Below the pieces are notes generated by a model. The model was not told the DNA's origin. It searched no databases and saw nothing but the letters and a program-made list of their open reading frames with translations. This document shows, piece by piece, positions 47,801 to 61,199 of a stretch of DNA of 64,000 bases (position 1 is the first letter of the stretch; each line of letters begins with the position of its first letter). A program made the position numbers and the translations under genes. Source of the stretch: Gekko japonicus (Eukaryota). The DNA lies in the NCBI RefSeq assembly GCF_001447785.1, contig NW_015168670.1, positions 203,513-267,512 on the forward strand. The letters run 5' to 3'.

Positions 47801-49922
47801 TCTGTGATCTGTTTAAAGCCTAAAAATGACCAGAGACATTGCTTGTCAAACTAATAGGGATTTTGTTTCCTGTGCTCAGCATTTCTGACTACAGTAGAGG
47901 AAAGGAACACATAGAAACATGACTTTACAAAAGCAGTAGCAAATACAGAGAGCAAGATACAATTGTTACTCCAGATTTATTCATTCAGAATAAAATACGG
48001 TGAATGTACGTATCCAAGCATCTATGACCTACTAACTTCAAGTAAACCCTGGTCAGAAAAAAACAAACAGAACCTGTCAATGATGTGTAGAAAAAGATAC
48101 CTAAATGAGAACTGAGGCAAGCTAGGGAGGGGTAAAACTACCTTCCTACTGAGCTCAAATTTTCCTCAAAATCAAGGGCACCTGCAGGCCGGGATTCACA
48201 ACTCTCATTACCTCAGCACATAAAGCCCTCAATTCACCTCTATATTACTGAAAAAAATACATCCACAAGGAAACCAGCAGGCCTCCCCTATCAGTCACAC
48301 CCCTTTCAGAATAATTTCCTTCTTTTCTGCTTCCCAAGTTCAATTTCAGAGTTTCACCCTCTACCCCCACCTGCTCTTCCCATATTAAACATTAATGCCA
48401 GAGTGGAACTCGATAGGGGTGGTGTTCTCTACCAAGGCAGCGGAGCGAAGGAGGAAAGGGAAGGATTGACACTGGGGGTGGGGAAGAGGTGGAAATGGTC
48501 GGCTGGTTAGCCTGCTTCTGATGGAGTAACAGAGAGGGAGCGGGGAAGAACATCTGGCAGGCAGAAGCAGGGCTGAGAGTGGGGTCAAAAGCAGGCCCCT
48601 GCCTTGTGCTGTGGCAGGTCATTCCGAATGTGCATGGAGCTCCTATGACGTGGGTTTGAGGAGGGTGTTACATTACACACTTTCACTTAAAGCCTGCTGA
48701 GGAGATAGGCTTGCCAGGTATTCACAGTACACTCAGGTAGCTCGTTTTTAGATTTAGCACAAGCTGCATCAGCAGATACAAAGTTTAATACCATCAAGGC
48801 TTTGGGCAGGATCAAAAGGCCAAACAGCCTTGGCTTACAACTTTTCTGAAAGGCAAGTGATGATGACCTGAAGACCCTGCACAAAACTAGGTTGGCACTT
48901 TTATTGTGGAATCACAGGATCCAAGGAGGGTTCACAATCCCAAGCTGCACTGGATACTGATGCAACAGGATAAACACTAACAAAACACCCAGCTAAATGT
49001 TAATTAACCTCAGTGCAAAATTAGCAGATGTTTAAAAAAACACCACAGAGAACAGTTTGCTTTCATGCATCATTTCCTTCCATTATGGCCTATCCCAGCA
49101 GCCAACTTATCACTCGAAAAATCGTCACGCATGTCAATGCCTTTCGTCTGTATTACGTTTATGTTCCACCAGAGCTGCAGCAGAAGCTTAAAGCAAGCTG
49201 TGATGCTCTCTTGGCCAAGTCTCCATTTGTGAGTTTCAGAGATCCGATTTTGTGATACTACCGGGGGGGGGGTACACTGACCAATAATGTGTGAATGCAC
49301 TTATGAAACCAGTAATTTGCATAGACCAGAAAACCCTGGAACAGAATGCTTTTATAATCTGAATCCCAAAAGAACTGTACCATTTTAGAACAAACTCTGA
49401 CATCTAGTGGTTCAACTCAGTATTTTTACATTTTAACAAAAAAGAGTAAACTGAGGGAGGCATTCCGAACAAATGTGTAAGAAGACAAATGTGTATTTAT
49501 GAGTAATTGAACAGGAAATAGTACCCCCCATACAACAGTTACATTGGTTTGGAATTACCCGGAACTTTTTAATATATACACATTTCTGGTTTTGCTTAGT
49601 AATGCTTAACAAGAACGCACCATCCCTCCCCCACCTCAAACCCGTTTAAATTGTGTAACTGCAAAGTTTCCTTCTGCTTTGGGGAGTAGGAGTCATAACT
49701 GACTTTCTCCCTCCTGATACAAACACAGAAAAAAAACCCTACAGCTCAGCGCCTATCAGTGGTCAGAATAGAACACTGCTAGTACAGGGCAGAGCCGAAA
49801 CAAGGCAGTCCTGCTCAGTCACTGGAATACAGGCTGCCTTTACAGCACAGCAAAGACGCAAAGCAAACGGTCGGTCTTGGCTGGTCAGCAAAGGATGTCG
49901 CTGAGTTCTACCTTGACTGTTA

Positions 49923-50014
49923 ATACCCAGAATTAAACTTTGTTAGTGTTAAAGGTGCCGCTGGACTCAGACGTTGTTCTGTTGCTTCAGACCAACACAG
50001 CTACCCACCTGAAG
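49923..50014 (+). mobile_element. Short Penelope terminal-repeat insertion
   Basis: Homologous to 5024-5082 and the reverse complement of 4862-4950; flanked by CTGTTA direct repeats. Confidence 0.7.
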
Positions 50015-52056
50015 CTGTTATCTTTTTAGATACTGGTGGATCCAGACAGCTTTTTCACTCAGTCTCACCCAGTCCTCTTCCTTACTACAGCTTCCATTTT
50101 ATATGGCATTTATCCATGCAGATTCCATGAACCTCGACACAGCTTTTTTGGAGATGGTCATGGGAGGTAGAAGGTGGTAGAAAGTGCTGCCAAGTTGCAG
50201 CTCACTTATAGTCACCCCACAGGGTTTTTCAGGGCGAGAGATGGCAAGAGGTGGTTTGCCACTGCCTGCCTCTGTGTAGCAACTCTGGACTTCCTTGGTG
50301 GTCTCCCATCCAAGCACTAACCAGACCCAACCCTCTTTAGTTTCCAAAATCTGACGAGATGGGGCCAGCTTGGGACACTGGCAGGGATAAATGGTGATAC
50401 TTAGGGCAGAGATAACCAAAGAAGCCCAGGATTGCGACACAGAGGCAAACAACGGCAAACCCCCTCTGAACATCTCTTGCCTTGGAAACTCTGAGGGGTC
50501 ACCCTAAATTAACTGTGACTTGACGGCATTTTACATGCGCACAATTCATCCGTGAAAGAGACAGAAGGATAGAGGTCTAAGGGAAATGCAGGAGAAGGCA
50601 CAGTTGGAGGCAGGAGGAGGAGGAGCTAAGCCAGCATGGTGTGGTGGTTATGTCTGACTAGGATCTGAGGGACCCAAGTTCACATCCCCGCTCTGCCACA
50701 GAAGCTTGCTGGGTTACCGGGTCAGACTCTTTCAGCTTAAAACTACCTCACAGGTTGTTGTTGATAAAATGAAGGGACAGAATATTCTCCCCACAGGGGA
50801 GAAGTGGCATATCAATATATCTACTTCTCAACATGGCCCCATCTGTGGATACTTAAATCTGAAGACGGGGGCCACAGACAGACAAGACATATCTTTCTAC
50901 AGACCCAAGAAAAGTCCCAGGCTTGCAGAAAAATCTGGGGAGGAAATAAGAGTTAAAACCCTCTAAAACTATGGAGGCAGCACCTGTAGCAGCTTTAAGT
51001 AACAAATTCCCTCAGTGGCTTTTGCTAAACAACCAACTGAGTAGAGCCAGGTTTCAATCCTTCCTTTCTATCAGTAAAAGGCAGACGGAGGGACAAGCCC
51101 CTTTCCAGGGCCGTTTGGGCTTGTCCCTCCCAGATCCCTCCCTTTTCCTATGCTATTGGGCCTTTAAGGGAGGACTTATTGGGGCCAGGACTGGCAGCAG
51201 CCACTGGCAACTTGATACCACACAATCTGCTTGACTCACCCAGGAATAGCTGCTTGCTACTGTTGAATAGCACCCACCCACAAAAGCCAGTGTGGTATAG
51301 CGATTAGACCAGAATCTGGGAGACGCAGGTTCGAATCCTCACACCGCTGTGGAAGTTCACTGGATGACCTGGGCCAGTCACACATTCTCAGCCTAACCCA
51401 AAGCTGCTTTGGGTTCCCATTGTGAAGAAAGATGGGGTATCAATGAAGAAAATAAATATTTGTCAAAGATGGGAGGAAGATAAAAAGTAGGCTGCTTGAT
51501 GCATGGGAAGGAGAAAAGGAAGGAGGAGGAAAAAAGGTGAGAATACAGGAGTTGCCAGGAGGTGGAAATAGTGTGGGGAGGGTGTTATGTGGAAAAGCAA
51601 GGACTTCCCCACAAATACTTGCAGCTTCCTAGATGGCCAGCACTGTGCAATCAGCCATAGTTTCCCTGGACAGAGGCTGCCAAGGAGGGAAAGGAGGGAA
51701 AGCTGAATACGGTAGGACAGATAAAGTTAGGTTGGCTGGTGAGTGGGAAGGAGAGTAAGAATTAGGAAAGGGCTACAGGGGTTTCAGGGAAGAGGAGGAG
51801 GAAATAGTGAGGAGAGGACTAGTTCTAACCCAAATGGGGGATTATGGTTAACAGCACTCCAGTTTCCAATTCTGTTTTAAGGATCGCTACACCAAAGAAA
51901 TGTGCAGATAACAACACAGCAGGAATTCTATTGTTAGACTATTAGTGGCCCAGTGCTTTTCAACCAGGAAAATGCAAACATCCAAGTGAGGGATGATACT
52001 AAACACAACAAAATTAGTTGAGAGGACGGCCAAAACAAATACTTATAGTGCCATAA

Positions 52057-52062
52057 TTTATT
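52057..52062 (-). terminator. Probable VPS18 polyadenylation signal
   Basis: AATAAA on the minus strand ~700 nt after the stop, followed by a GT-rich tract (gtatttgttttg). Confidence 0.6.
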
Positions 52063-52768
52063 CTATTTACTCTGAACAAAATGAAGAAATCCTATGGGAA
52101 ATTCAGTAATACGCAGCTGCTCAAAATAACTCTCCCAGAAACTTGGAATAAAGGACAATACAATCCCAAAAGACCAGCATAAAAATGTAGCATTTACATG
52201 GAATTGCTCTGCTGGAGAACAACATTTCATGCCACATTAATGCAAAAAGATGTGCCTTCAGGAACAGGATCTGGTGCACAATTTCCCCATGTAATGTCTC
52301 AGAAACAGAAAATGGACTCCATCTCATTACAAAAGGATAACAAAAGAAGTTTCACATTTGAAATCAATAACGGGTTACGCAACTAGGCCTCCCCACCATT
52401 GCCAAATTATTTACAGAAATATGGGAAATGGTTCACAAGCCAGTTTCCATTTCTCTCTCAGTTAAGTAAAATCCCATTCAACATTTGCATTGGGGAGCTC
52501 TCTAAACAAATCCCACATACAAAGCAAGTAAAGTGTCTTTCAGAGCTGCAGTATATTTGCTGGAAACCAACGTAATTTAGGAACCAGGACCATCACTGAC
52601 TCCCCGCTCTGCAGAGCAAACGTAATGCTTTACAGATATTGAGAAATCATGTAATACTTTTTCAAACCTCTAGAGAAGTCAATTGCTCTGAGATGCCTGG
52701 AGTTCAGCCACCAATAGCCATGCTTTACAGGCAGAGCTTCATGCTCAAAAGCAGGGGACACATTCACC

Positions 52769-53497
52769 CTACAGCCAACTCTGCATCTCCGATTCATATC
52801 TCTGTGGATCAATGAAAGGCTTATCAATTGATCGGATCATTAGCTCTCCACAGTACACGCATTCAGCTGCCACAATGTCATCAATGTCAGCTTTCATCTG
52901 CTCCCGACTGGGCTGGCCCTTTTCTTGGCCAGACACATCCGTGTCCTTAGGGCGATGGTGGGACTTAGAAGGTTGGCCTGTGGCTGAAAGCTTCTTCTGA
53001 AGATCCTCCAGTTTAGCCTGCTTATAGGCAGGCAAATTTGGATAAACCTCCTGGAGAAGACAATCATAGTGGAACATGTGGCCACAGAGAAAAAGATAAA
53101 AGGGGCGGTTTAAAAGTGGAAAGTCACAAGCTGCACATTTTTCCTGAGACTCCACAGACCCATATTTATTTCTCATCTCCTGAATGTCTTCCCGAATCCT
53201 CTTGGCACTCTGCGTTGCCTCCTCCATCTCTGTCTTCAGCTCTTCTATGTGCTTGTTGTAGGCTTCGAGAGAGTTGCAAATGGCTTCCTTGAAGTGGTCA
53301 ATAGTGACAAAGTCTGGGAAGAACGGCAGGACATCTTCTATCTTCAACAGGTTGCAGCTGGAAAGGCAGGCCATGGCCTTCTTGACGTCCTTCTCCTCCT
53401 GGACCACGTGCCGAGCAATTTTCAGCCACAGCTTCTTCCGCAGCTCCTCATCTTCTTCCGGGAGATCCGCACAGGACTTTGCCATATCTACGTCCAC
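52769..53497 (-). CDS. VPS18: VPS18 coding exon 5 (coiled coil and C-terminal RING-H2, ends QSWL*)
   Basis: Acceptor ttttttag|GTG; CAAC...CGHMFHYDC...CVYC RING motif; five exons sum to 2925 nt = 974 aa + stop with no frameshift. Confidence 0.96.
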   Translation of the reverse strand: MDVDMAKSCADLPEEDEELRKKLWLKIARHVVQEEKDVKKAMACLSSCNLLKIEDVLPFFPDFVTIDHFKEAICNSLEAYNKHIEELKTEMEEATQSAKRIREDIQEMRNKYGSVESQEKCAACDFPLLNRPFYLFLCGHMFHYDCLLQEVYPNLPAYKQAKLEDLQKKLSATGQPSKSHHRPKDTDVSGQEKGQPSREQMKADIDDIVAAECVYCGELMIRSIDKPFIDPQRYESEMQSWL

Positions 53498-55525
53498 CTA
53501 AAAAAACAGACGGTTACTGGTTTCTCCTATTTATGCTGCAAAATACACAGCTGGAGAAGCACTGCTACGAGCTATCAGATACGACAGCATCAGAATATTG
53601 ATACAAGACCAGAAGCCGTTCATTAAACCCAATACTGGGTGTCACTTGGGAGTATTTATGGATCATTTTGAAAAGTCAACAATCAAGAAACGAGTCAAGA
53701 TACAGCTATTCAACCAGGGTTGCATTTCTACATAGCTTTCACATACCCCTTCCTTTTATACTTGTTATGTTTTCTTTTTTTCCCTCCTGTACCCTAGGAA
53801 AGGCCAGCGTCATATACTCCTTGCAGGACATTGGGAAAGGTAAGCTTCGTAAAAGCTACAGGATCCTTTCATTCATTCAACAGCAACTCTTAGCCTGCAG
53901 ACATTTGCCCTTCGAGGCCCAATAATCACCCCCCTGTTCTTTACCAGATAAGAGCAGAAATGACATGCCTGGCACAGGAACAGCAGCTGCACAGTGGGGT
54001 TGACTTGATCAGAGGCATTATCCAACTTGAGACAAAACAAGCTAGAAGCAATTGTATTCTAAAAAAACAATCATACTTCATCATCCTTATGTTCACTGCC
54101 AGAACTTTGGTACCAACAGATTTTTTTTAAAAAAACATATCCCTCTTTTCTCCTTACAAGGGATTCATTCTTCCCTCCTCCATTTTATCCTTACAGTCTG
54201 CACCCTTGTGAAGTAGGTTCAGCTGCGAGAGTGTGACAGGCCCCAGGACACCCAGCAAGCTTCCCTGGCAGAACAGGGATCGAAGCCCAGTTCCTAGTCT
54301 GACACCCTAACTACTCCACCCTGGTCAGTTCCCAGCCCCTGCACTCTTCCATTAGTCCCATGTCACTCATGTCACACAAGGCAAACACCAGTGAAGCTCT
54401 TTCCACTTCACCATACAAGGGTCTAACAGCTCAATATACTGGCAGTCGATGGCAGACAGACAAAAGGAACTGACCTTCACATGGTGCCTAATGATCTCGT
54501 GGAATTCACTTCCACAATGGCTGCCAATTCAAACAGCTTCCAAAACTATTAGACAAATCCACGGAAGAGGGAGTCCACTGATGGCAATTAGTCAAGACCA
54601 GTAAACCAAACCTCCACGAACAAAGGTGGTTTACTTCTGGATGCTGCGATGGCCAGTAGAGACGAACCACTGCCTTCAAGCTGTGCTTGTGAAGTTCTCA
54701 CAGGCCACTTGCAGTCGATGTTCAAATGAATACTAGACTGACTAAATGGACTGCGACATGATTCAGTAAGGAAATTCTTACATTAACATTCCTTTGCTTT
54801 CCAGACTAGTAGTAAGGCAACATACTTTCCCAGATTATCCTCTGCATTCCATAAACGTCATCACCTCTTCAGTCCCTCCTTAAGAAAGCTTTTAAGCAGG
54901 AGCAGATGAGCCCTTTAGCATAATGGAAAAGTTCCTGGTGGGCCACTGCCCTGGAGAGCTGCTGGCAGTAAGGAGCAAGCGGAATCCTGCTGAGGCTGGC
55001 AGAGTCTTGCACCCAGTCAGTGGCAATGAGGGGCATAAGCTCACCCACTGCCTCCCCTTTTCTGCCACTGGCCAGGTGAAGGAGACGAGGAGATTGGATT
55101 TATATGCCACCCTTCACTTGGAGACTCAGAGTGGTTTACAATCTCCTTTCCCTTCCTCTCCCCACAACAGACACCCTGTGAGGTAGGTGGGACTGAGAGA
55201 GCTCTTTCGAGGACTGCTCTTGAGAGAACAGCTCTGAGAAAACTTGCGACTGACCCAAGGTCACTCCAGCAACTGCATGTGGAGGAGTGGGGAATCAAAC
55301 CTGGTTCCCTCAGATTAGAGTCCGTGCTCCTAACCACTACACCAAGCTGGTTCTCATGCAAGCTGAGAAGCATTGGAAGAGCCGGCACCCACTGTTGCTG
55401 CTGCTGCTCAGGCTGGCTCATTCCTGGGCCAATTTAATGCCCCCGCCCACCTCTGCTCATAGCCCCTGAACTTTCAAGATTGCAACTTCATGACGCTCAC
55501 AGTTCTCATAACAGCACACACCTAC

Positions 55526-57396
55526 CTGCAAGGCTAGATCCACAGCCTCCTCATACATCTCCATAACTTTGTACACATGGACACAAGCTTGGTGGTGGCC
55601 ATGTTCTGCACACAGCCGGAGCGCATACTTCAGGTCACAGTGGATCTTGTCTGAGTTGGATCCTGCATTTTCCAGATAGACCAACAGGGATTTCGGGTCA
55701 CAGACAGCATAGAGTGACAGCAGGTAGTTATGAATGGCTTGATGAGTTTCCTTCAGCTCGTACACACAGAACTCCAGGTAGCGAATGGCTTCACTGATCT
55801 GCACAGTGCTGCCGCATTGACTGTAGTTGACAAGGGCCGGGATGAGGTTCCTCGCATCCAACTGCTTGCCCATTTCAATCCAGGCCTCAACCACCATCTT
55901 GGGGATGTGCTGGATCAAGATAGGAGAGAACTTGTAAAAAAGGGCCTCGTCCTTGATTTTGGACAAGACTTTTAGCGCTGCACTGTAGTTGTCATGCTGG
56001 CAGTGATGGGCGATCACCCGCTCGTAGTCATGCATGAGGACAGCAAAGTGCACCATGTTTTCTGTGTCCCCGTGGCTGGCTAGCAGCTCATGAATGGTTG
56101 CCCGGTTGTTGAACAGGCAGTCTTTATTTCTGGGGCTACCCAAAAAGCTGCGGAAATTGTCCCGAGCCTTCACGTGGAGGCCTTGTTTCGATGGATCCCC
56201 TTCCAGCATTCCCAGGCGATTCAAATAGAGTTCTGTTAGCCAGATGGTCAGCAGAGTGGTCTGAGTCTTTTCAGAAGGCTTCAAGCCAGCCAGCTTCTTA
56301 AGGAGGAACTCCATCAACGCTTCCTCCTGTTTGGCTTCGATAAATTTAAGGGCAATCTCCTCAAAATAATTTTGGGTCAAAGCGTAACACTTAGCACTGT
56401 CAAGGTACCTCTTGTTCTGGAAGCAGTGTTCTGCCTCCTTTGCCAGGACAATATCCAGACATTCGGGACGGTCCTTGCAATACTCTTTGGCCAAATCGAA
56501 CTTGTTGATGTTCATGTACATCTTCCACACATCTCGGGACTCTCGCTGCACATTGTACCGAAACACCACCTTTTCTGTGTGAATCCAGATTTGTCCATAC
56601 GAGGGATCTTTGATCATTCGTGTTAATGAGCCAAACTTGTCCAGGAACACATCCTGGAAGACAACTTGCCCGTTCAGAGTGCAGACAGCCTTCACCTGGT
56701 CAGGAAACAGCAGCAGGAAATGGAACTGCGTGAGCACTATGGAGATGGGCTTGTTGACGGAAATGTCTACATCACAAGGATATTCCCAGACTTGCTCATC
56801 ACTCAGAATAGAGTCGGGACGTCCATAGTCCAGTGATCCATACAGGACACCATTTCCCATCATCCAAGCAAATGCATTTGGAGAAGAGCGAAGCTTTGGC
56901 GTGTAGAATGCTATCTCACTGTAGCCAAAGCTGGCTGGAAACTCACGGAACCCAGGCAGATGATTCAAAGGCATGCTGAATATAGGTCCAAAGCCTTGTT
57001 GATCAGCCCCTTCTGGAACCTTACCGACAAACTGGAACAGTCTCTTACGAGTGGTGGCAATGATAAAACATTTCCCATCAACTCCTCGTTCTATCTCTAG
57101 ACAGCACACTGGGGCTGGCCCCGCCTCCTCCTCCAAGTTATAAATGAAGCGGAAGTACTGGTCAGGGGTAGTGCCAAAGAGGCCGCCCTCGCTGATAGAA
57201 ATCTCAGCCTCATATATGTGGCCTTGGGATGTCCCCACCAAAATTGGGCCTGTGTTGGTCTCCGAGCCCGAGAACTTGTTCCAGCCCACACTCTCAACCA
57301 AATGACCTTTCCAGCGAGACAGGGGTCGCACCTTCTGAGCGTTTCGGTTCAGATAGAGGCATTCACTGGTGTTCAGGGCAATGACAAGGTGAGAAC
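55526..57396 (-). CDS. VPS18: VPS18 coding exon 4 (Pep3/Vps18 beta-propeller and clathrin-repeat alpha-solenoid region)
   Basis: 1871-nt exon inside ORF 55457-57571; acceptor cctttcag|GT, donor CAG|gtagg; SHLVIALN...EEAVDLALQ is typical of VPS18. Confidence 0.96.
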
Positions 57397-58037
57397 CTGA
57401 AAGGGAAAAGGGATACAGTGACAGAAGTGGGAAATAATCAACAGAGGGCCACAAGGATCCCTTGCTAGGTGTAGCCTCTGAAATTGACAGGTGTTTTAGG
57501 TTTGCTCTGAAATTAAGATCTGACATACATACTGAAATATTTAAATCCACCCAGAGGATGACATTTGTCATATCATCTTGCGTACCACCATGTATTTGTT
57601 ACCCCTAATTTTAGGCAGGAACAAAGCTGTTGCAAGGAAATGTGATTATTGCCAAGGAATCTCCAGTTTGCCTCATGTGTAAGTTTTACAATCTTTTTGT
57701 GTTTTTATTCAAAATATGATGCTCAAGGACAATGCATATCAATATCTAATACTATTTGGAGTTTGGATATATTTTGTCCTAGTCTCATATGTTAGATGCC
57801 ATGTTAAATTAAGATAGCATAATAATGGCTTTAAAGTTCATCTGCAAATGTTACTCTACTGAAGTCTATAAACAACAGTGAAGAGTGTATTTTCGTAGCC
57901 TACAGCGATACCATTCTTGCTAATAAATCTGGTATTCTGGAAAAAAGTAGCAAAAATGCACGTCGCACACACAGAGAGACAAACCTGAGCACAATAACTC
58001 TGAGATATTTACTGAATATCCTCTACTCTCACCTCAC

Positions 58038-58129
58038 CTGTGTGGTCCAGAAACAGCTTGTAAACTTTGGCGTCATCTTTTCGTCCAAGCTCCACTTGGT
58101 TAGGCTCATCTGCTTTGGCCAGGTCAAGC
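58038..58129 (-). CDS. VPS18: VPS18 coding exon 3 (RLDLAKADEPNQVELGRKDDAKVYKLFLDHTG)
   Basis: Acceptor ttttattag|G, donor G|gtgag; 92 nt; lies within ORF 58009-58221. Confidence 0.93.
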
Positions 58130-60610
58130 CTAATAAAAGGGGGAAGAATACAGATGACTTCACAGTAAGAGACACCAAGTGGATCTGTAGAAACTTTGCC
58201 ACTTGAAAGCAGAGGATTCATTCATTTATTTACTTCATTTATGTCCTCACTTTCTTCCCAATGAGGCCCCAAAGCAGCTCACAACATTCTCACTATCTCT
58301 ATTTTATCTTCACAACAAACCAATCAGGTAGGTTAGGCAGAGTTGGGGAGGGGACATGGTTCAAGTGGTAGAGCATCTGTTTTGCATACAGAAGGTCCCA
58401 GGTTCAATCCCTTGTATCTCCAGTTAAACAATCTGGCAGTAGGTGATGTGCAAGACCTCTGTGCCTGAGATCCTGGAGAGCTGCTGCCTGTCTGAGTAGA
58501 CAGTACTGACTTTGACGGACCAAAGGTCTGACTCAGTATTAAGGCAGCTTCAAGTGTTCATGTGATTGATACAAGGGCACCTGCGCCTCCCAGATTCTAG
58601 CCCAAAAGTCTAACCCAAACACCACGCTGGCTTTTAAAATTTGTTATTGTGTATTCACTATGTCTTCATATGCCTCAAATACAGCAGTCATAGGCATTTG
58701 CAAATCCTGAAACTGAGAACAGCAAACTTGTAATGTGCAGTAACACACAAACGCGCACACACACGGAAAATTCAGCAACAGAACTGAGCTTTTGAAAATT
58801 TTATCTTGAACACAGGTTTGCATTCTACAGAAAAGCCACCCAAGTCAAATTCAGCAGTCAGTTTTGCAAGTATGCAGACATTAAAATAGTCTTGGATCAC
58901 AGTGGGAACCCACAGATTGGTTGTGCCCTTTGGCAATCACATTGCTGTGTCCACTTGGGTTGCCATGACTGACCATGCCATCTCCATTGATTGGGAAAGA
59001 ACACTTGGACAGCATTTGCTTGTCCCTATAAGCATAAGCGCCTTGGCAGGCAGCTTGCAAAGTATGGTGCTTTGATACCGTGGCTTTAAAGTCACTTTGG
59101 AGTAGAGCACTGTTTTTGTAAGCAATTCTGGTCTTGCTTTACCCATACCATCAAGGTCACATTTAAAGAACAGTTTAATATCCATACTGCAATTCCAACT
59201 CACCATGGAAAGCTTTGAAAACAACCTGTCTTCAGGTATTTTGGCACATCAATTTTTGTTTTGCTATTCCACTCTTAACAGGCATAGGATTAGAAGTATT
59301 TGAGAGAAATGAAGACATAATTTTGCTGTAAAAATCAGATGCACAGGGGCCTAATCTAGGGTCATATGCCTGCTCCAATGAACTAAATAATGGTTCCCCA
59401 CGGCCATTCTAACTTCCAAAACTGGCACACGTGAAGGCTTAGACACCCCCTCCCCACATACACAGTGATCCTAATCAGAAGTGAATCCTCACTAGCCTGA
59501 TTTTTTTTAATGGAAAAAACATATACAAACATACCAGAAGCTCTGCTTACAAAACTTCCAGCATCTCATATCGTTTGGCCTGTACTGACCAGACCTAAAT
59601 ATGTTTTCTTGGGTGATTTAAGACCTTGACCTATTTGACCAATCAAGCAATCTCTTAAGGTTTCCCTCAAAACACATACATTATACAGGAACTCAGTTCA
59701 GAATGAAATGCATTATTCATGATGATAATGGGAATCTCTCTGAGCTATTGATTTAAGTTCCCTACCAAACTACTCCAGGACTCCAACAACCAACTATCCA
59801 GCATCTCAGTTCTGCACTGTGACATCATGTTGTTTATGTGCTGGATCCAAACTCATTGCTGGGAAGAGGCAATACATTTTCTGAACAAGGAATTGACTGG
59901 ATAGCAATAGCCTGAGGCGTGCACGTATGTGTCAGTGCTGCTTCCATCACACAGCCCTCTGTATGGACCACTGGCTTAATGGCATTTAGTATCCTCATAG
60001 GAGGGGGCTTGATGAAATGCCACTCCAGTGGTAACAGCCATTCTCGCCCAACCTGGAAACATCGGCTCCCAAAACCAATCTGGGAGCAGAGCAGATAATG
60101 AAGAAGGGGCCAGGGGCAACACTGTTCTTTGGGCACTATGATAAATGAGTTATTACAATAAGAGGGAGAGGTCAGCAATTGAAAAGCCATGAAATCCACA
60201 CTAGAAACACATCATGGGCTGTGTCTGCCATGTGACATTGGTGCAATATGTATTGGATTGCCACGGCTCACTTCTGTAAGGTTTTTAATCTGAAGTGACA
60301 ATTCTTAGGGTGTTCTAGACAAAGTCATCAATGATATTTGATTTCAAAGAAATGTTTGCTGTAATGCTGGACTGTGGGAGACGGAGGGAAGCTGTCAGCA
60401 CACTCAAAGGTCACTTCCATCTCCACAAATTTAGAACAGGACACAAAAGATGAGACTCAACACTTCATCAAAGCATCACTGACCGCAACACATTTTCTGA
60501 GATGACCAGATATCCGCCCATCTTGAACACACCTCATTATGAATTTACATTACTAATTTGGAAGAGAAATAACAGGAATGGGATGATAATAAATGATTGG
60601 TACAAGTTAC

Positions 60611-60752
60611 CTAAAAATGATGTCTTTCCCAAGACTCATACACAGCTGGTTAGAGGAGACCACCAGGCTGTTAATCTTCTCAGGAGGGGTGAAGTCAATC
60701 CTCTGTTTGTTAAAAATATGTGTCTCTTTTTCCAGCCGAGCATTCACATAAC
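60611..60752 (-). CDS. VPS18: VPS18 coding exon 2 (YVNARLEKETHIFNKQRIDFTPPEKINSLVVSSNQLCMSLGKDIIF)
   Basis: Manual translation (not in the ORF track); acceptor ttctttaag|GT, donor AG|gtaac; 142 nt; phases fit exons 1 and 3. Confidence 0.93.
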
Positions 60753-61199
60753 CTTAAAGAAGAAAACTGCAAGTTAAAGAAAAATTTAATAGCAATGGCA
60801 TATAAAAAAATGTTTGGGGGGGGGGGGGAGACACTGGAGCCAGAAAGCAGAAGTTCCGTGCAAAACTAGGGTAAAGTGGCATGGAAAGGCTAATGCATTT
60901 ATATCCTGCACATTAGCTCTCAAAATCATCTCACTAGCAGCAACTGGATTAGGCAACTATAATCACTTATCAAATTATTAGCAGCTCAAGGATTCATTTC
61001 AGAAATAGAGTGTGTTTTGGCAGGGAGTAGGTTTTCTCTCATAACACTTTAAATTCCAGATGGACTGGCAAATCTATTCTGTACCTGAATGAAGTCTGAT
61101 TGGAATGAAAAAGAAAATGTGCCCAGAACGGCGGGGGTGGGGACCAAAATAAACACCCCCTAGATATTAAAACCTGGATTTTCCCCTATAAACACATCC

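Noticed and set aside
1-52000. DLL4 or other host exons downstream of VPS18
   Set aside because: No DSL/EGF-like or other recognisable host coding sequence seen in the ORF track or by eye
57397-57571. N-terminal extension of the 704-aa ORF as coding
   Set aside because: Intronic: upstream of a clear polypyrimidine-AG acceptor at 57397-57398 and not VPS18-like
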